A stretch of DNA of 64,000 bases from Candidatus Microgenomates bacterium (lineage in GTDB: Bacteria; Patescibacteriota; Microgenomatia; Levybacterales; UBA12049): NCBI GenBank assembly GCA_025451755.1, contig JANWJT010000017.1, positions 16,147-80,146 on the forward strand. The letters are read 5' to 3'. The translations under genes were made by a program, and so were the position numbers. The notes below the pieces were generated by a model that worked only from the letters and a program-made list of their open reading frames with translations, had not been told where the DNA came from and did no database searches. Position 1 is the stretch's first letter; the number at the start of each line of letters is the position of its first letter. Positions 58,021-64,000 of the stretch are shown in pieces.

Positions 58021-58653
58021 TCACTTATTAATTTTTTCAATTTCGCTATTAAACTTTCTGAGTTGTTTTCGAAGGTTTGGGCGATCACTCCATAAAATAG
58101 AACAGGTAATATCACTTACAGTAGGTGCAAGTTTTCTAAACACTTTTACTATTCTGTTTGGGGATACGTCATCATGTGGATCTGCAGATTTTTTAAGTTG
58201 ATCAGCAAGTCCGGCTATTACTAACAATGCTTCTTGATTGTATTCATCAAATACTCCCTCATCGCATAAAGATCCGAGGGGTTCAGGAATTGCATCTAAT
58301 CTTTGTTTAATCTCCGAGAGATCATCGCTCTTCATAGATAATGCAACATGAATAAGATTTGTAACAAGTTCTCTATCATCTGGTCCTAGCTCAATTGGCT
58401 CATATAGATTTACAGGCTTAGACTTTACTCCAAAAAGCATTGCTGAGCCTATATCGATATTGTATTTATACATGAGGGGATAATCGTTCTCTCTAAGAGC
58501 TTCTGCCATGCCTCTAATAGCATTGGCAAGAACTGCACGGGCTTCTTCCGACCCATAGAGTCGGTTATTTAGTCGTTCTTCAACTATCTCAGGGGGTTCA
58601 TTGGTGTATTGAGCAATGAAGGCGGCAATATCGGGAGCTTCTGGTCTTCGCAT
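58021..58653 (-). CDS. Hypothetical helical protein
   Basis: 210-aa ORF; no family recognised. Confidence 0.65.
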   Translation of the reverse strand: MRRPEAPDIAAFIAQYTNEPPEIVEERLNNRLYGSEEARAVLANAIRGMAEALRENDYPLMYKYNIDIGSAMLFGVKSKPVNLYEPIELGPDDRELVTNLIHVALSMKSDDLSEIKQRLDAIPEPLGSLCDEGVFDEYNQEALLVIAGLADQLKKSADPHDDVSPNRIVKVFRKLAPTVSDITCSILWSDRPNLRKQLRKFNSEIEKINK

Positions 58654-58734
58654 AACAAAAATTATCTGCCCGGATTATATGCCCGTTTTTAATAAAAGTC
58701 AATTATCCTACATTTCTGATATAATTTCTCCACT

Positions 58735-60543
58735 ATGGATAAGAAGAATATTAGAAATTTTGCGATTATTGCACATATCGATCATGGCAAGTCTACTCTT
58801 GCAGATCGGATTATGGAAATATGTGGTGCAATTGGCGAAAAACATCAGGCGCAAATATTAGACAGCTTGGAACTTGAGCGGGAACATGGGATAACCATAA
58901 AACTTAAAGCAATTCGCCTAAGCTATCAATTTTCAAATATCAATTATCAACTCAATTTATTAGATACCCCGGGGCATGTTGATTTTTCTTATGAAGTTTC
59001 AAGATCTCTTGCATCTGTTGAAGGAGCACTGTTAATTGTTGATGCATCACAAGGAATTCAAGCTCAGACCCTTTCTAATTTTAACTTGGCAATGAATGCT
59101 AACCTTACACTTATCCCGGTTATTAATAAAATAGATATGCCCGCTGCAAATATTGCAAAAACAACTACAGAGCTTATGGATTTGGGATTTAAGGAGGACG
59201 AAATCATAAAAGTATCAGCAAAGACTGGAGAAAACGTTGAAATGCTTCTTGCGGAAATTATAGAAAAAATTCCAGCACCAAAAGCTGCTTCCCATTCGAC
59301 CAGCTCAGGGCAAGCCGATAAACTTTCTGCTCTAATTTTTGACTCAAGTCTCGATCCATACAAAGGAGTAATTGTAACATGTAGACTTTTTGGGGGTTTA
59401 ATAAAAGTCGGGGACGAAATTTCTTTTTTAGCAACTAAATCGAAAGGAGAAGTTCTTCAGGTAGGCTACTTAACTCCCAAGCCAAATTACATAGAAGAGT
59501 TAAAATCAGGTGAAGTTGGTTTTATTGCTACCAACATAAAAGATTTATCTCTTGTTAAAGTTGGTGATACCATAACTCATCCAAGAGAACCTTCAGAGCC
59601 ACTGCCTGGATACCAAGAGGCAAGACCAGTTGTTTTTTTATCTTTTTTTCCGACAGAATCATCGGAGTTTCAAAAAATGAAAGAAGCTTTTGAAAAACTT
59701 AAATTAAACGACGCGGCTCTAATATATTCACCTGAATCTTCAATTTCCTTAGGACAGGGTCTTCGTGTTGGATTTTTAGGACTTTTGCATGCTCAGATTA
59801 CTCAGGAAAGACTTGAGCGCGAATATGGACTTGATATTATTGTTACGTCTCCTTCTGTCAATTTTATTATTGACGGCAATGTTATTAATAAACCCTCCGA
59901 ATTTAATCCAAGTTCTCAATCTCAGGTTGAAGAGCCATATGCCAGAATTACAGTTTTTGCTCCTCAAAAATATTACGGGCAGATAAACGAACTGATTTAC
60001 AAAAAAAGGGGAACAATTGAAACTTCTCAAAATATAGGAACTTCACAAAAAATTGAAGCAGTTATTCCTCTTCTCGAAATATTAATTGGTTTTTATGATG
60101 ATTTAAAATCCCAAACTTCGGGGTTTGCATCTTTTGATTTTGAAGTAATCGACTACAGACCTGCTAAATTGGTAAAGCTAGATATTTTGGTTAATTACGA
60201 ACCGGTCGAAGGCCTTGCCCAGGTAATTCCAGTTGAAAAAGCAGAGGAATTCGGCAGGAAACTAGTAGCAAAATTAAAAGAAGAAATTCCCCGTCAAAAT
60301 ATTCCAATTCCTGTACAGGCTGTTATTAATTTTTCAAGAATAAAAGGAGGAGTTGGGGGAAAAATTTTAGCACGCGAAACAATCGCCGCATACAGAAAAG
60401 ATGTAACAGCAAAGCTTTACGGCGGAGATGTTACCCGAAAAACTAAGCTTTTAGATAAACAGAAAAAAGGAAAGAAACGAATGAAGAAATTTGGCCAGAT
60501 AGAAATACCGCAAGAAGCTTTTCTTGCAGTATTAAAGATTTAA
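58735..60543 (+). CDS. lepA: Elongation factor 4
   Basis: IRNFAIIAHIDHGKSTLADR, GFLGLLH, LYGGDVTRK.KLL.KQKKGKKRMK. Confidence 0.97.
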   Translation: MDKKNIRNFAIIAHIDHGKSTLADRIMEICGAIGEKHQAQILDSLELEREHGITIKLKAIRLSYQFSNINYQLNLLDTPGHVDFSYEVSRSLASVEGALLIVDASQGIQAQTLSNFNLAMNANLTLIPVINKIDMPAANIAKTTTELMDLGFKEDEIIKVSAKTGENVEMLLAEIIEKIPAPKAASHSTSSGQADKLSALIFDSSLDPYKGVIVTCRLFGGLIKVGDEISFLATKSKGEVLQVGYLTPKPNYIEELKSGEVGFIATNIKDLSLVKVGDTITHPREPSEPLPGYQEARPVVFLSFFPTESSEFQKMKEAFEKLKLNDAALIYSPESSISLGQGLRVGFLGLLHAQITQERLEREYGLDIIVTSPSVNFIIDGNVINKPSEFNPSSQSQVEEPYARITVFAPQKYYGQINELIYKKRGTIETSQNIGTSQKIEAVIPLLEILIGFYDDLKSQTSGFASFDFEVIDYRPAKLVKLDILVNYEPVEGLAQVIPVEKAEEFGRKLVAKLKEEIPRQNIPIPVQAVINFSRIKGGVGGKILARETIAAYRKDVTAKLYGGDVTRKTKLLDKQKKGKKRMKKFGQIEIPQEAFLAVLKI

Positions 60544-60546
60544 CTG

Positions 60547-61737
60547 TTAAATAATAAAGAGAAATACGCCCCCGATAATTGAAAGTATTATTCCAAGAGC
60601 ACCTATTCCAATTATTATTTCTCCAGGACCGGAAGGAGGTATAGTTGGAGTTGCAACAGCTGGAGGAGTTGTTGGTGCTGGAGCTGAGGTTGGAATTGGA
60701 GTTATCTGAGCAATAATTGTAGGTTCAGGTGTTGAAGTAGGTACGGGAGTTGGTGTTAGCTCTACTCCTTCTACAGCACAGAGCAGGGAATGAGTCCCCG
60801 CAGGTCCCGTTCCGCAACTATTTACAGCAGATATGTCACATTGGTAAGTTTTATTTTGTACTACCGAAAACACAACTTTAGTAGTTGATGAAGTTGCCGT
60901 ATCATTTCTTACTACTTCACCTGATTCGGTTTGGCTAATTTTTACAGCGTAACTTGTTGCTCCTGTAAGTGCGTCCCAACTGCAACTTGCTTGTTCAAAT
61001 GAACACTGTGATCCTTCGCAGCTTGGATACTCAACTTTTACATTAGAGACAACCGATGGAACTTGACACGAAGGAGTTGGCGTAACCACTACTCCCGATG
61101 TTGGAGTCGGAGTTGTAGCTGATGTTGGGATTGGGGTTAAAGTTGGGCTTATTGTTGCTGTTTCTGAAATTGTTACGCTTGCCGGAATTGTTGATGATAA
61201 AACATTGGTATTAAATTGATCTCCTTGCCCTGTTAAAACTTGTGTTTCGCTATCAAATGTAATTGGCGTAGTCGTGCCTTGCGTAGAAGCAATTGCTTTT
61301 AAAGTAAGAGTACCTACTTTAGTATTGTTGTTTTGTATAAATGCAGTTGGGTTTGCCCCAACAGCCAAATCTACTGTTATTTTTCCTGTTGGATCAAATG
61401 TTGGAACAGGGGGCTTGGTGCTATCAAAGCCCGGGAAAGCATTGGTATTAATAGTAAGTCCGTCTCCTGATTTTTCTAATTTAGTCGGGTCATAAGCAAT
61501 AATTAAATGAACAAAACTCACAAAATTACTGTTTGGATTAATAATTATGTCAAATGTTACATCTTGTCCAATCTCGACTGTTTTAGATGTGGGCTGAAAA
61601 GCAAGAGTTGTTGATGGAGCTGCTCTTCCTCTAAGGTCTTGTTGTTGTCCAACGAGGTAAACTGTAATAGGAATTGCTATTAGAAGAATTGCTACAAGAC
61701 CAAAAAGAATTAATTTTTTTGGAGTCAATATTGACAT
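60547..61737 (-). CDS. Surface protein with cohesin-like and FN3-like domains and Pro/Thr linkers
   Basis: QQQDLRGRA after TM, YDPTKL cohesin motif, Cys-containing FN3-like part, C-terminal TM. Confidence 0.75.
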   Translation of the reverse strand: MSILTPKKLILFGLVAILLIAIPITVYLVGQQQDLRGRAAPSTTLAFQPTSKTVEIGQDVTFDIIINPNSNFVSFVHLIIAYDPTKLEKSGDGLTINTNAFPGFDSTKPPVPTFDPTGKITVDLAVGANPTAFIQNNNTKVGTLTLKAIASTQGTTTPITFDSETQVLTGQGDQFNTNVLSSTIPASVTISETATISPTLTPIPTSATTPTPTSGVVVTPTPSCQVPSVVSNVKVEYPSCEGSQCSFEQASCSWDALTGATSYAVKISQTESGEVVRNDTATSSTTKVVFSVVQNKTYQCDISAVNSCGTGPAGTHSLLCAVEGVELTPTPVPTSTPEPTIIAQITPIPTSAPAPTTPPAVATPTIPPSGPGEIIIGIGALGIILSIIGGVFLFII

Positions 61738-61821
61738 ACGAATCTTAATTTATCGTATAGGAGAAAAAACACTATGTCAACCCCGATTCAATTGGGACTG
61801 GACATTTAAAACTATAGGTTA

Positions 61822-61877
61822 TTGACAGTAAAAATGTTTTGTTGTATAAATTAGCAATCATTTATTTAGAGTGATAT
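61822..61877 (+). promoter_or_regulatory. groES promoter with CIRCE-like (HrcA) operator
   Basis: TTGACA, 17-nt spacer, TATAAA, then TTAGCAATC-N9-GAGTGATAT (61851-61877) versus consensus TTAGCACTC-N9-GAGTGCTAA. Confidence 0.8.
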
Positions 61878-61896
61878 TTTTTAGGTTTAAAATATT

Positions 61897-63853
<1,957 letters not shown>

Positions 63854-63888
63854 TAGAATTTAGAATTCATAATCTATAATTCAGAATT
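63854..63888 (+). repeat. Heptamer tandem array after the groEL stop
   Basis: TAGAATT TAGAATT CATAATC TATAATT CAGAATT. Confidence 0.75.
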
Positions 63889-63942
63889 TCTTCAAAAAGA
63901 TTTAAAAGTAAGTATATTCTTCTGGTATAATAAATTCTGTTA

Positions 63943-64000
63943 ATGAAAAAAATACTTTTTTACACTATTCCCTTTTTAGGAATATTGATTATTTTTGCGG
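63943..64000 (+). CDS. Start of a secreted or membrane protein (truncated by the window edge)
   Basis: MKKILFYTIPFLGILIIFA after TGGTATAAT. Confidence 0.55.
   Translation, partial: MKKILFYTIPFLGILIIFA

Noticed and set aside
60640-61160. Pro/Thr repeats in surface proteins
   Set aside because: Codon-periodic low-complexity linkers, explained by protein composition.

Overview
AT-rich bacterial chromosome segment in standard code 11. Gene content and compactness suggest a Patescibacteria/CPR organism of the Microgenomates type (inference). Housekeeping genes flank an approximately 30 kb accessory stretch that starts at tRNA-Asn: comM, guaB/guaA, dnaG-rpoD on the left, and pcrA, tpiA, rpsT, murJ, lepA and groES/EL on the right. 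The accessory stretch holds many small single-gene units, typA, a complete cytochrome bo3-type quinol oxidase operon (cyoABCDE), an NDH-2-like enzyme, a nickel superoxide dismutase with its maturation peptidase, MsrA and a DipZ/thioredoxin pair. The most unusual signals are: (1) a GIY-YIG nuclease gene between a duplicated 5' half of tRNA-Asn, whose D-arm is replaced by a perfect 18-bp palindrome, and the intact tRNA-Asn, which supplies its stop codon; (2) several families of short palindromic or 7-nt tandem repeats sitting in frame inside essential genes; (3) a -10 box about 5-9 nt before most start codons (leaderless-type genes), with near-identical promoter/start junctions between unrelated accessory genes; (4) a CyoB in which the K-channel lysine is replaced by Gln. 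No CRISPR array, rRNA, integrase or transposase was seen.
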